Assembly (NCBI GenBank): GCA_002371705.1
Contig: DFGI01000080.1
Coordinates: 7,530-71,529, forward strand
DNA length: 64,000 nt
Reading direction: 5' to 3'
Origin: Bacteroidales bacterium UBA3754
GTDB taxonomy: Bacteria; Bacteroidota; Bacteroidia; Bacteroidales; UBA1715
In this document: one piece after another, positions 18,279 through 28,287 of the stretch
Numbering within the stretch: position 1 is the first letter of the stretch
Layout of the letters: each line of letters starts with the position of its first letter
Notes under the pieces: model-generated
Database searches by the model: none
Told to the model about the DNA's origin: nothing
Seen by the model: the letters and a program-made list of their open reading frames with translations, nothing else
Program-made: the position numbers and the translations under genes

Positions 18279-19793
18279 ATGCCAGTAGACAACAAGAAAG
18301 TAGCTAAAAACACATTATTCTTATACTTTAGAATGATTCTGATGATGCTTATAAATTTATATGCGTCAAGGGTTATTTTGAAATTGCTTGGTGTTGAGGA
18401 TTATGGTATTTACAATGTGGTTGGTGGCGTTGTTACACTTTTTACATTTGTAAGTAATGCAATGATGGCTGCCACTCAACGATATTTAAATGTTTATATC
18501 GAAAAAGGTAATCCAGAAGAAACAAAGAAAATTTTTAGCGCATGTGTAGTGATACATATGGTTGTGGCACTGATTGTTATTTTTTTGTCCGAAATAGCGG
18601 GATTATGGTTTATGTATAAGAAAATGGTAATTCCAGAAGCAAGAATGGACGCCGCATTTTGGACATTTCAATGTTCTGTGATATCAACGGCAATAGTTGT
18701 TTTTTCCTCGCCATACAAAGCTATGATTGTCGCTTATGAAAAAATGAGTGCTTTTGCCTATGTGTCAATAATTGAAGCTGTTCTAAAGTTAGCAATTCTA
18801 TATGTTGTTGCTATTTTTTCTGTTGATAGACTAATATTCTATTCAATTCTTTTTATGGCAGTAACGAGTTTAATAGCCCTTAGTTATGCAGCATATAGTA
18901 AAATAAATTTTTCGGAATCTTCAATTGTGGTTCGAGGAATTGATGCCTCATTATATAAAGAGTTAATTTCTTTTTCTGGATGGAATTTTCTAGGAAACAT
19001 TGCGAATGTTTGTTTGACACAAGGAACAAATATTCTATTAAACGTTTTTTTCGGTCCAGTGGTAAACGCTGCAAAAGGCATTGCAGTGCAGGTTCAACAT
19101 GCTGTTGAACAATTCTGTACAAACTTCCAAATGGCTCAAAATCCCCAAATTGTGAAAATGTATGCGGCAAACGAACTAAATGAGATGCATAATTTAGTTT
19201 TTCGGTCCTCGCGTTTTTCGTTTTATCTTGTACTAATTTTTGCAGTTCCTATTATGATGAAGACCGATGCCTTGTTGGTTATTTGGTTGCAGAATCCTCC
19301 CGAATATTCATCAGTGTTTGTTCGTTACACAATGGGATTTATATTAATACAATCTTTGGCAAACCCCCTATTGACAAGCAGTTTGGCAACAGGAAATGTA
19401 AAAAAAATTATGCTTATTATTGCCACATTGTTTTGTTGTGTGATTCCTATTAGTTATATAGCATTGAGATTCGGAGCATCCCCTATTTCAGTTTTTCAAA
19501 TTCAATTAGCATTGTATGTTGTGGCGCATATATTAAGAATTTGGATTGTAAGTGAGCAAATACAGTTTTCGGTAAAACAATATCTTTTACAAGTAATCAA
19601 ACCAATTATTTTTGTAAGTTCTCTTGCGTTCTCGATAAATTATGTGTTAGAATTGTTATTTTTGGACACTATAATTTCGTCTATTGTGTATTGCATAATT
19701 AGTTGTTGTATATCTGTTGTGATATCATTGTTTATTGGATTATCCAAAGATGAACGTAGAGGAATTATGAATTTTGTTAAAAGTAAATTTTAA
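18279..19793 (+). CDS. wzx: Polysaccharide/O-antigen flippase (MOP superfamily, Wzx-like)
   Basis: 504 aa with about 12-14 TM segments. The N-terminus KNTLFLYFRMILMMLINLYASRVILKLLGVEDYGIYNVVGG is typical of Wzx-type flippases. It sits first in the glycan gene string. Confidence 0.75.
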   Translation: MPVDNKKVAKNTLFLYFRMILMMLINLYASRVILKLLGVEDYGIYNVVGGVVTLFTFVSNAMMAATQRYLNVYIEKGNPEETKKIFSACVVIHMVVALIVIFLSEIAGLWFMYKKMVIPEARMDAAFWTFQCSVISTAIVVFSSPYKAMIVAYEKMSAFAYVSIIEAVLKLAILYVVAIFSVDRLIFYSILFMAVTSLIALSYAAYSKINFSESSIVVRGIDASLYKELISFSGWNFLGNIANVCLTQGTNILLNVFFGPVVNAAKGIAVQVQHAVEQFCTNFQMAQNPQIVKMYAANELNEMHNLVFRSSRFSFYLVLIFAVPIMMKTDALLVIWLQNPPEYSSVFVRYTMGFILIQSLANPLLTSSLATGNVKKIMLIIATLFCCVIPISYIALRFGASPISVFQIQLALYVVAHILRIWIVSEQIQFSVKQYLLQVIKPIIFVSSLAFSINYVLELLFLDTIISSIVYCIISCCISVVISLFIGLSKDERRGIMNFVKSKF

Positions 19794-20596
19794 TGAAAGA
19801 TTTAATTAAAAGAATACTTTATCCGTTGTTTGGTTTATCGGTTCCTGATAGAAAGGTAAATGTTTATAAAACCATTATCTTTAACCTAATAGCTTTTGGA
19901 TTAAAGGGTTTACGTTTTCCCGTATATATTTACAATAACACTAATGTTTATAAAGTTGGAAAGATCATTTTACATTGCCCGATAAAACGCGGTTTGATAA
20001 GAATAGGACAATTAGATTTGAAATCACAGGGAAAAACAAAATTCAGAAATGCTGGTACTATAGAGGTTTGGGGGCCAGTGAAAATAGAAGGTTGTACAAT
20101 CTTGGAAAATGATGGAATAATTGAATTCCATGGCTTTAATCGAATTGCCGATGGTTCGTTGGTTGTGATACGGGAAAAGTTAGTTATCGGTGAACAATCT
20201 CGTATTGGATTTCAATCATTTGTGATGGATAGCGACGACCATTTTACTATTGATGTGGAAACTCGCCAAGTAAAGAAAAACAGAAAAGAAATTGTTATTG
20301 GACGTTACAATTGGATTGCCAGTCGAACGGTAATCAAAAAAGGCGTTAAGACCCCTGATTATTTGATTGTGGCATCGGCAAATGCATTACTTACAAAAGA
20401 TTATACTGATTTGCCTCCTTATTCTGTGATTGGTGGATGTCCAGCAAAATTGCTGAAAACAGGAGTAAGACGAGTTTACAATACCGACAAAGAAAGAGTT
20501 TTAAATAAGTTTTTTTATAAAGGAAATACAAAATTCATAATAGAAGAAAAGGTTGATTTAGAAGAATTTTGTGCTCAAACGACGAACAGGCTTTAG
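19793..20596 (+). CDS. Hexapeptide-repeat (left-handed beta-helix) acyl/acetyltransferase
   Basis: IGRYNWIASRTVIKKGVKTPDYLIVASANALLTKD...VIGGCPAKLLK resembles the C-terminal region of WcaF/LacA-type O-acetyltransferases. The start overlaps the wzx stop (TAATG). Confidence 0.6.
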   Translation: MKDLIKRILYPLFGLSVPDRKVNVYKTIIFNLIAFGLKGLRFPVYIYNNTNVYKVGKIILHCPIKRGLIRIGQLDLKSQGKTKFRNAGTIEVWGPVKIEGCTILENDGIIEFHGFNRIADGSLVVIREKLVIGEQSRIGFQSFVMDSDDHFTIDVETRQVKKNRKEIVIGRYNWIASRTVIKKGVKTPDYLIVASANALLTKDYTDLPPYSVIGGCPAKLLKTGVRRVYNTDKERVLNKFFYKGNTKFIIEEKVDLEEFCAQTTNRL

Positions 20597-20606
20597 TATT
20601 ACGTAA

Positions 20607-21851
20607 ATGAGGAATTTCTTCGTGAATATATTAGAATATGTGTTAGTTTCTATCATTTTAATAGAATTTAATACACCATATTTGATTTTACCATCTGTTC
20701 AATTCGTGATACGCTTTGTTCCGATGTTATTGTTGTTTGTATTGATTTTGTTGAAATATAAATATATAAAATTTGACTGGTTGTTTATTCTTATTATTGT
20801 TGGAGCGATACTACCATTAATACACGTACGCTCTGATTCAATGTTTAGATATGTACGATTTTATATGTTGTTTTTCCCATTTTCATATCTCTATTTAAAA
20901 GCAGGTCTTCGCGAAAGTTTAAAGGCAGCATATTCTTTGTTGTTTAAATTGTCGTCAGTTGTTTTGATTTTGTCAGTCGTTTCTTTGTTTTTTTGGATAT
21001 TCGGTACAACATTAAATATTATGCAGCCAACGGCAACGTTTCCGTATGAATGGGATAATGTAAGAGATTATATTTCTACATATTATGGATTATATTTTGA
21101 AACTCAACACACTCAATTTTTAGGCGTGGAGTTAAATCGAAATTCTGGAATCTTTTGCGAAGCGCCTATGTATAATATGATTTTGTGCATAGCATTATCT
21201 ATAGAACTTTATTTACGGGAGGAAAAATCAAAACTAAGAATTTTGATACTTTCCCTTACGATAATATCTACATTTACAACAACAGGTCAGTTCTTTTTAA
21301 TTATTAATATATTTCTGTTGTTGTATAGAGGGCTTAATAAGTATTTGAAAGTAATTTTATTTGTTATGATGCCTTTTGTTATAGTAGGATTTTATATGGT
21401 AGTATCATTATTGCTTATAGATAAAAAACAGACTATTGAGGGAGAAAGTTCTGTGAATTCACGAGAAAAAGATATCGAATTATGTATAAAAAATGGATTG
21501 GAGAATCCAATTCTGGGAAAATCATTGTTTTATAGAATGGATGATCATGGAAATTCATATTTTGGATATAGTAATTCAATATTCACATTATTCGCTCATG
21601 GAGGAATATATACCATATTGTTGTATGTGGTATCTTTGTTGATTGTCCCATTTTTGTATTATATAAAAAAACATGATCTGGATTGGTTGTTATTAATGAT
21701 TTGTTTTTTCATTTTGTTTGCTGTTACAATGTCACATTATAGGTATTTAACGATATTTTATGTCGCCTTTAATTTAACAAAGTTGCCAGAACTTATGTAT
21801 AAAAGACGAATCAAAGGAGCGTTTTTATTAAAAGAGAATAAAGTCATATAA
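20607..21851 (+). CDS. wzy: O-antigen polymerase-like membrane protein (Wzy type)
   Basis: 414 aa with about 10 TM segments and one larger loop; very low GC. The position between the flippase and the glycosyltransferases supports the call. No conserved catalytic motif can be verified by eye. Confidence 0.55.
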   Translation: MRNFFVNILEYVLVSIILIEFNTPYLILPSVQFVIRFVPMLLLFVLILLKYKYIKFDWLFILIIVGAILPLIHVRSDSMFRYVRFYMLFFPFSYLYLKAGLRESLKAAYSLLFKLSSVVLILSVVSLFFWIFGTTLNIMQPTATFPYEWDNVRDYISTYYGLYFETQHTQFLGVELNRNSGIFCEAPMYNMILCIALSIELYLREEKSKLRILILSLTIISTFTTTGQFFLIINIFLLLYRGLNKYLKVILFVMMPFVIVGFYMVVSLLLIDKKQTIEGESSVNSREKDIELCIKNGLENPILGKSLFYRMDDHGNSYFGYSNSIFTLFAHGGIYTILLYVVSLLIVPFLYYIKKHDLDWLLLMICFFILFAVTMSHYRYLTIFYVAFNLTKLPELMYKRRIKGAFLLKENKVI

Positions 21852-22876
21852 TGGAAAAAGTACTGTCTATAATAATTCCAACATATAATATGTCTAAATA
21901 TTTATCAAAATGTTTAGATTCAATGATAGTTGATGGAATGAAATGTCTTGAAATATTGGTGATTAATGATGGAAGCACGGACAACTCATCGGAAATTGGG
22001 CATACGTATCAGGAGAAATATCCAGAAACGTTTCGGGTTATTGATAAGGAGAACGGAAACTATGGTTCGTGCGTTAACCGTGGATTACAGGAAGCAAATG
22101 GAAAATACGTGAAAATTCTTGATGCCGATGATTATTTCGACAACAAGGTGTTCGAGAAATATTTGACTATTTTGAAAGAAATTGATGTGGATCTTGCTTT
22201 AACCGACTTCAATTGTGTTTATGAAAATGAAAGTGAACAGCCCTCGGAAAAATTACCATTTCCAATAGGACAACCATTGAATATTAACGAATTGTTTGTG
22301 AACAAGTCTGTTAGTATGAGTATGAAAATGCACAGAATCACATATAAAACTGCTATGATCAAACAATTGCAGTATAGGCAAATGGAAGGGGTTTCTTATA
22401 CAGACCAACAATGGATGTTTTTGCCTATGTCAGTTGTGAAAACATTCGTGTATTATGATATAGAATTATATAAATATCTTTCCGACCGTGAAGGGCAAAC
22501 TGTCTCTGTTCCCTGTCTAAAGAAATCAATGCCCCAGTACATGGCTGTTGTCATGTCATTAATAGACTCTTACAATGCAACAAAAAGCATCGTTTCTCAA
22601 AATTGTAAACTTTATTTTGAATATCGTATAGAATGTCAGTTAGGTATAATTTATAGAAGTTATCTCGCCTATGGTTATCATCTTGATTTAAAGGAATTAA
22701 AGTGTTTTGATGAGGAACTATTCTCAAAAAATGCGTTTTTTTATGAAAAATTAAATCGACATACTATTTTGCGCAGATATAGATATATAAAAATGTGGAG
22801 ACGATTTGATTATAAAAGTGATTATGGTATTATAACATTTTTATTTCGATTAATTCATAAACAGATGAGACGATGA
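21851..22876 (+). CDS. Glycosyltransferase family 2
   Basis: LSIIIPTYNMSKYLSKCLDS...VINDGSTDNS...KILDADD (DxD). Confidence 0.85.
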   Translation: MEKVLSIIIPTYNMSKYLSKCLDSMIVDGMKCLEILVINDGSTDNSSEIGHTYQEKYPETFRVIDKENGNYGSCVNRGLQEANGKYVKILDADDYFDNKVFEKYLTILKEIDVDLALTDFNCVYENESEQPSEKLPFPIGQPLNINELFVNKSVSMSMKMHRITYKTAMIKQLQYRQMEGVSYTDQQWMFLPMSVVKTFVYYDIELYKYLSDREGQTVSVPCLKKSMPQYMAVVMSLIDSYNATKSIVSQNCKLYFEYRIECQLGIIYRSYLAYGYHLDLKELKCFDEELFSKNAFFYEKLNRHTILRRYRYIKMWRRFDYKSDYGIITFLFRLIHKQMRR

Positions 22877-23589
22877 ACATTGCTGTAATTTTTGCCGGAG
22901 GTACGGGAAATCGCATGAATACGGTTTCCAAGCCCAAACAGTTTCTTGAATTGCAAGGGAAACCAATAATAATATACACATTGGAATTATTCGATGAACA
23001 TCCGTTGATAGATGGTATTGTTGTGGTTTGTTTACAATCGTGGATTCCATTTTTGCAAAAACAATTAAAGAAGTTTGAAATCACAAAAGTGGTGGATATT
23101 GTTGCTGGTGGAGAAACAGGACAAGAAAGCATTTATAACGGACTGAAATCAGTGCAGTCGCATTATGGCTCCGATAGTATCGTGCTAATTCACGATGGCG
23201 TGCGTCCCTTGATTACGCAACAAACCATTACAGAGAATATTGAAACTGTGGGAAAGTGTGGCAATTGTATCACCTGTGTTCCCGCAACGGAAACTTTTAT
23301 TGTGAATCAATCCGACGGCACATTGGAAATACCTTCACGAAAAGATTCTCTGATAGCAAGAGCCCCACAAAGTTTTTATTTAAAGGATATTCTTTCCACA
23401 CACGAAAAGGCACTTTCAGAAGGAAAGCATGATTTTATTGATAGTTGCACAATGATGAGTCATTATGGACATCAGATGCATACGATAATTGGACCGATGG
23501 AAAATATAAAGATTACAACGCCAACCGATTTCTTCATTTTTAGAGCAATGGTTGAGGTTCATGAAAACCAACAGATATTTGGATTTTGA
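22873..23589 (+). CDS. IspD/TarI-family cytidylyltransferase (probable CDP-ribitol or related CDP-alditol synthase)
   Basis: IAVIFAGGTGNRM...KPKQFLEL.GKPII.YTL and VLIHDGVRPLI motifs. It has a 4-nt overlap with the upstream GT2. Confidence 0.75.
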   Translation: MNIAVIFAGGTGNRMNTVSKPKQFLELQGKPIIIYTLELFDEHPLIDGIVVVCLQSWIPFLQKQLKKFEITKVVDIVAGGETGQESIYNGLKSVQSHYGSDSIVLIHDGVRPLITQQTITENIETVGKCGNCITCVPATETFIVNQSDGTLEIPSRKDSLIARAPQSFYLKDILSTHEKALSEGKHDFIDSCTMMSHYGHQMHTIIGPMENIKITTPTDFFIFRAMVEVHENQQIFGF

Positions 23590-23615
23590 TGTGAAACCAA
23601 AGGTGTGACAAAAGA

Positions 23616-24659
23616 ATGTGTAATGAAATGAGTAACCAAGTGTTAATAGATGATGTGTCGGAGTTTGTGGAACAATTTAAATTAAAAGATGTTCTCAAAG
23701 ATTCCACATTTTTAATAACTGGAGCAACGGGATTAATCGGTTCCATACTGATACGTTGTTTGTTGGCAATGAACAAAAACATTCATGTGATTGCTCCTGT
23801 ACGAAATGTGGAAAAGGCACAAAGGATGTTTGGCGTGGTCGGCAATGAATTACAATTTCTCCCATATAATATTGAAACCTACGATTACGAAGACATAAAG
23901 AACATTGATTATATAGTGCATTGTGCGGCACCAACATCATCGAAGTTTTTTGTGGAACATGCGGTGGAAACGTTCAATACAATATACAAAGGGACATCTT
24001 TATTGCTGGAATACGCGAGAAAACATAAGGTAAAAAGTATGGTGTATTTGTCATCGTTGGAGGTTTATGGAAGTATCTACGATGACAGCAAATTAGTGAC
24101 TGAAGATGTGCAAGGGGACCTGGATATAATGAGTGTTAGAAGTTCATATCCTATGGCAAAGCGTGCAATGGAAACATTGTGCTGTTTGTATGAAAAAGAA
24201 TATTCTGTTCCTGTGAAAGTGGCTCGTCTTACCCAAACAACAGGTGCGGGAATTGCGGCAGACGATAATCGTGTGATTGCACAGTTTGCACGTTTGGCAG
24301 CGGAAGGGAAGGATATAGTGCTTCATACTACGGGAGAGGCGGCACGTCCGTATTGTTATACAACTGATTGTATTTCGGCAATTTTATATGTTTTAATAAA
24401 AGGAACTTCGGGCGAAGCCTACAATGTTGCAAATGAAGAAACCTATATTTCTGCAAGAAATATGGCGGATTATTTAAAAGAAAACTTCAATCCCAATATA
24501 TCAGTTCGTGTGGAACTCAACGATACTATGGGGTATGCACCAGTGACGAAACTGCGGCTATCATCTGCAAAACTGCGCGCTTTAGGTTGGACTCCTAAAT
24601 ATGGATTGAAGGAGATTTTTTCAAGAATAATATATTATTATCAAACGGTAAACCAATGA
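23616..24659 (+). CDS. NAD(P)-dependent extended SDR (epimerase/dehydratase/reductase family)
   Basis: Rossmann motif FLITGATGLIGS and catalytic YPMAKRAME (YxxxK). Confidence 0.8.
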   Translation: MCNEMSNQVLIDDVSEFVEQFKLKDVLKDSTFLITGATGLIGSILIRCLLAMNKNIHVIAPVRNVEKAQRMFGVVGNELQFLPYNIETYDYEDIKNIDYIVHCAAPTSSKFFVEHAVETFNTIYKGTSLLLEYARKHKVKSMVYLSSLEVYGSIYDDSKLVTEDVQGDLDIMSVRSSYPMAKRAMETLCCLYEKEYSVPVKVARLTQTTGAGIAADDNRVIAQFARLAAEGKDIVLHTTGEAARPYCYTTDCISAILYVLIKGTSGEAYNVANEETYISARNMADYLKENFNPNISVRVELNDTMGYAPVTKLRLSSAKLRALGWTPKYGLKEIFSRIIYYYQTVNQ

Positions 24660-25843
24660 AGCAATTTTTAGTAAAAGTCAAATCAGGACTTATTATTTTC
24701 TTAATATTTGCGGCGAGAGTAATCTTACGTGTCTTTTATATATTCCCTATAGATCAGAAAAAGATTGTTTTTTCTAGTTTTAACGGAGAACAATATTCTT
24801 GTAGTCCGTATTATATCTATCAATATATAATATCTAAATATCCAGATGTATATAAAGTATATTGGCATACTCGAGATAAAAATCAAAATCATCATATGCT
24901 AAGAACTAAGGATGCCATAATTGTTCAATCAACATTACCGTATTTTTACCATATGTTAACATCTCGATTTATTATAGTCAATAATTCTATACACGTAATT
25001 CTGCCTATACGTAAACATCAGATTGTTATAAATACGTGGCATGGTGGTGGACTTTTTAAAAAAATAAATAAAACCATAGAGTCTCGAAAATTTGTAGATA
25101 CTATCATTAGGAAAATTCATAATCAAACAAACAATCTGTTTCTAGCTTCTAGTAATGCTTTTGAACAAGTGGTAATTCGCAAACGATTCAACTATAGCGG
25201 GCAGGTTTTAGAAACAGGATTACCTAGAAATGATATATTCTTTACTGCGAATACAATTGACATTAGTACAAATGTTAAAAAGTATTTTAATATACCACCA
25301 GAAGGAAAAATTATTTTATATGCTCCTACTTATAGAGGAGCATGGAATTCCCCTTCAATGAATATCTTAAAAGAAAATACCATAGATATACCAAATCTTG
25401 TAAAACAATTAAAGCACAAAACGGGTAATGATTATTACTTTATTTTTAGAGGACATCATGCCTTTAAAGATTCTATATGTTATGATTGTATAGATGCAAC
25501 AAATTATCCCGATATGCAAAAATTGTTGGTTTCAACTGATATTTTTATAACAGACTACTCTTCGTCATTATGGGATTTCTCATTAACATTTAAACCATGT
25601 GTTATGTTCATTCCTGACATTGAAAATTATTTGTCTGACCCAGGATTGGAAACGGACTATAGAGAGTGGCCATTCCCTTCTGCAAAAAACAATGATGAAT
25701 TGTGTTATCAGATATTAAACTTCAATAATGAGGATTACAAAAAAAATGTCTTAATGTATCATCAACAATATGGTTCTTTTGAAAATGGTTGTGCAACGGA
25801 AAAAGTTGTAGAGTATATTAGAAATAATGGGATTATAGGATAG
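24656..25843 (+). CDS. CDP-glycerol/CDP-ribitol poly(alditol-phosphate) phosphotransferase family protein (TagF/TarL-like)
   Basis: ILYAPTYRG and DIFITDYSSSLWDF motifs are characteristic of the TagF-type Glyphos_transf family. It has a 4-nt overlap with the upstream SDR. Confidence 0.7.
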   Translation: MKQFLVKVKSGLIIFLIFAARVILRVFYIFPIDQKKIVFSSFNGEQYSCSPYYIYQYIISKYPDVYKVYWHTRDKNQNHHMLRTKDAIIVQSTLPYFYHMLTSRFIIVNNSIHVILPIRKHQIVINTWHGGGLFKKINKTIESRKFVDTIIRKIHNQTNNLFLASSNAFEQVVIRKRFNYSGQVLETGLPRNDIFFTANTIDISTNVKKYFNIPPEGKIILYAPTYRGAWNSPSMNILKENTIDIPNLVKQLKHKTGNDYYFIFRGHHAFKDSICYDCIDATNYPDMQKLLVSTDIFITDYSSSLWDFSLTFKPCVMFIPDIENYLSDPGLETDYREWPFPSAKNNDELCYQILNFNNEDYKKNVLMYHQQYGSFENGCATEKVVEYIRNNGIIG

Positions 25844-25900
25844 ATCCTAAGTAGCGAGATTACATAAGTTACTTATTAATTCTCTATTGTTAATGTATTT

Positions 25901-27115
25901 ATGAAAACTATTTTTTTTAAGGCTGATTCAAATGGAGGCTCCCCCATTCCCGTTGTAAAAGGGGGGGCTGTGTCAACTTTAGTTGAGCATCTAGTAAATT
26001 CAAATAACAAGCAACAATTATTTGAAATGACTATTGTTTCAATATACGACAAAGAGGCTCAATTAAAATCAAAGGACTATGCAAATGTGAATTTTGTATG
26101 GATAAAGATTCCTGCTGTCATTCGTGTATTTGACAAAATACTTTTTTTTATTGTCTTACATTTTTTTAAAAAGCGTAAGGCGATTTCGTATCGGACGTTC
26201 TTTTCTCTTATTTATTACATTATAAAATCTGCTTCGTTCTTGCATAAGTCGTTATATGATTGTGTGATACTGGAAAATAACATTCCATTGATATGGATAA
26301 TCCGTTTATCAAAATATAAAGGAAACATATGGTATCATTTACACAATATTCCTCGAACTGCTGCAAGAAGCAAACCCACATTTAAAAAATGTAAATATTT
26401 GTGTGTGAGTAGATTCGTCGCTGATCAGTTGCAAAGTTGTCCATTAGGACCTATTGACAAACAAAACATTAAAGTATTATATAATTGCATAGACACCAAT
26501 TTATTCTCAAAAAAGAATATAGATATTGATATGCGGGAAAAATTGGGGATTTCAAAAGATGAGTTTGTTCTCATTTTTGTTGGTCGAATGTCTCAAGAAA
26601 AAGGAATTGATAAATTATTGGAAGCAATTCCACTAATGCAAGAGCAAAAGATTAAAGTGCTGATAGTAGGTAGTTTGATTTCAGATACAAAAGCAATTGA
26701 TTCGTATCAAAAAGAACTTATAAAGTTGTCTAATGCATTGAAAGACAAGATTATTTATACAGGTTTTGTGAAACAGTCAGAATTACCAGATTTCTATAAT
26801 ATTGCTGATGTTGCTGTGTTACCATCTATTTGGGAAGAACCTGCTGGTTTAACAATGGTAGAAGCAATGTCATGTGGCACACCCGTAATTACAACTAAAA
26901 GTGGTGGAATACCAGAATATGTCGCGGATTGTGGTATTTTGTTGGAAAACGATGAGTCTTTATCTGTAAATATTGCTAAAAGCGTAGATAGATTGTTGTC
27001 TGACGAAAAACTACGTCACGAAATGTCTCTGAAATCAATTTCACGTGTTAAAGAAAATTTTTCTTCCGTGGTTTATTTGGACAACTTTATAAAAAGTATA
27101 AACGATAATTTCTAG
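25901..27115 (+). CDS. Glycosyltransferase family 4 (GT-B)
   Basis: LIFVGRMSQEKGIDKLLEA...LPSIWEEPAGLTMVEAMSCGTPVITTKSGGIPEYV. Confidence 0.85.
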   Translation: MKTIFFKADSNGGSPIPVVKGGAVSTLVEHLVNSNNKQQLFEMTIVSIYDKEAQLKSKDYANVNFVWIKIPAVIRVFDKILFFIVLHFFKKRKAISYRTFFSLIYYIIKSASFLHKSLYDCVILENNIPLIWIIRLSKYKGNIWYHLHNIPRTAARSKPTFKKCKYLCVSRFVADQLQSCPLGPIDKQNIKVLYNCIDTNLFSKKNIDIDMREKLGISKDEFVLIFVGRMSQEKGIDKLLEAIPLMQEQKIKVLIVGSLISDTKAIDSYQKELIKLSNALKDKIIYTGFVKQSELPDFYNIADVAVLPSIWEEPAGLTMVEAMSCGTPVITTKSGGIPEYVADCGILLENDESLSVNIAKSVDRLLSDEKLRHEMSLKSISRVKENFSSVVYLDNFIKSINDNF

Positions 27116-27132
27116 TATTAAAATTCTTACAT

Positions 27133-28287
27133 ATGGATCAGATTAGGATTGCACTAGCGACATTGCAAGAGATGAACTACGGTTCCCGTTTGCAGAACTA
27201 TGCATTACAGCATGTGATTGAAAAAAAAACAAATACACCTGTTGAAAGTTTATGCTATGTAAAAGGGATAAGTCCATTATATCCTAATTATATTTCGCGT
27301 TGTCGCCAGTATTCGTTTATTGAAATTATAAAAAAGTTCACACAATTATTTGGAGAGAAGGTGTTTTCAAAACAAACAGAAAAACTACTTAGAAACAGAA
27401 TAAAGAAATTTGATGATTTTATTATAAATTACATTCATTGTTCCAAACTCCTTCGAGTTGAAGATAGATTAGAGTGGAAAGATAAATATGATTTATTAAT
27501 TATTGGTTCCGATCAAGTGTGGAATCCTAATGTGATAGATGATGTTTATGTTGGGGAAGGCACTGGCATTAAACGGATTATCTCGTATGCGGCAAGTATA
27601 GGTAGAGAGTATGTCAGCGATTATGAGGCGAATTATATCGTCGGACATATTGAGAAAATGGATGCCATATCTGTTCGCGAACAATCGGCGAAACGAATAC
27701 TTGAAAATGCTGGATTGCGGAAATCTGTTGAAGTTGTTGTAGATCCTACAATGTTGCTAACACGGGAAGATTGGGACGAGGTTGCCGCCCAACGTGTTAT
27801 AAAGGAGCCATACGTTTTTGTGTATTCATTTTCTGATTGCAAATTCAAACAAACAATTGTTGATTTTTTTGCCGCAAAAGGCATCAAAGTATATTTTATA
27901 CCGTATGCTAAACGGGTGTGGAATTCCTATGACGGGAAAAGTCCAATGGAACCACTATATGACGTGGGGCCAAGGGAATTTTTGTCCCTAATAAAAAATG
28001 CGGAAATGGTTTTTACGGATTCATTTCACGGCGCTGTTTTGTCAATTATTTTCAATAAACCATTTTACGTATTTGAACGGAACAAAAAAGGGAAAACTTC
28101 TATGAACACACGATTGTCGGATTTGTTAACGTCGTTTGGATTAAATTGCCGTCTTATTAAAACAATGCCCGTAAACGTGTATCAAGAGATAAATTATTCC
28201 GAAATAAATAAACAACTTGAGGAGCGACGAGAGAAATCGTTACATTGGTTGTTTGAACAGATACAAGATGATAGATCTATCAAATAA
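27133..28287 (+). CDS. Polysaccharide pyruvyl transferase family protein
   Basis: NYGSRLQNYAL..., IIGSDQVWNP and FTDSFHGAVLSIIFNKPF motifs are typical of the PS_pyruv_trans family. Confidence 0.7.
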   Translation: MDQIRIALATLQEMNYGSRLQNYALQHVIEKKTNTPVESLCYVKGISPLYPNYISRCRQYSFIEIIKKFTQLFGEKVFSKQTEKLLRNRIKKFDDFIINYIHCSKLLRVEDRLEWKDKYDLLIIGSDQVWNPNVIDDVYVGEGTGIKRIISYAASIGREYVSDYEANYIVGHIEKMDAISVREQSAKRILENAGLRKSVEVVVDPTMLLTREDWDEVAAQRVIKEPYVFVYSFSDCKFKQTIVDFFAAKGIKVYFIPYAKRVWNSYDGKSPMEPLYDVGPREFLSLIKNAEMVFTDSFHGAVLSIIFNKPFYVFERNKKGKTSMNTRLSDLLTSFGLNCRLIKTMPVNVYQEINYSEINKQLEERREKSLHWLFEQIQDDRSIK

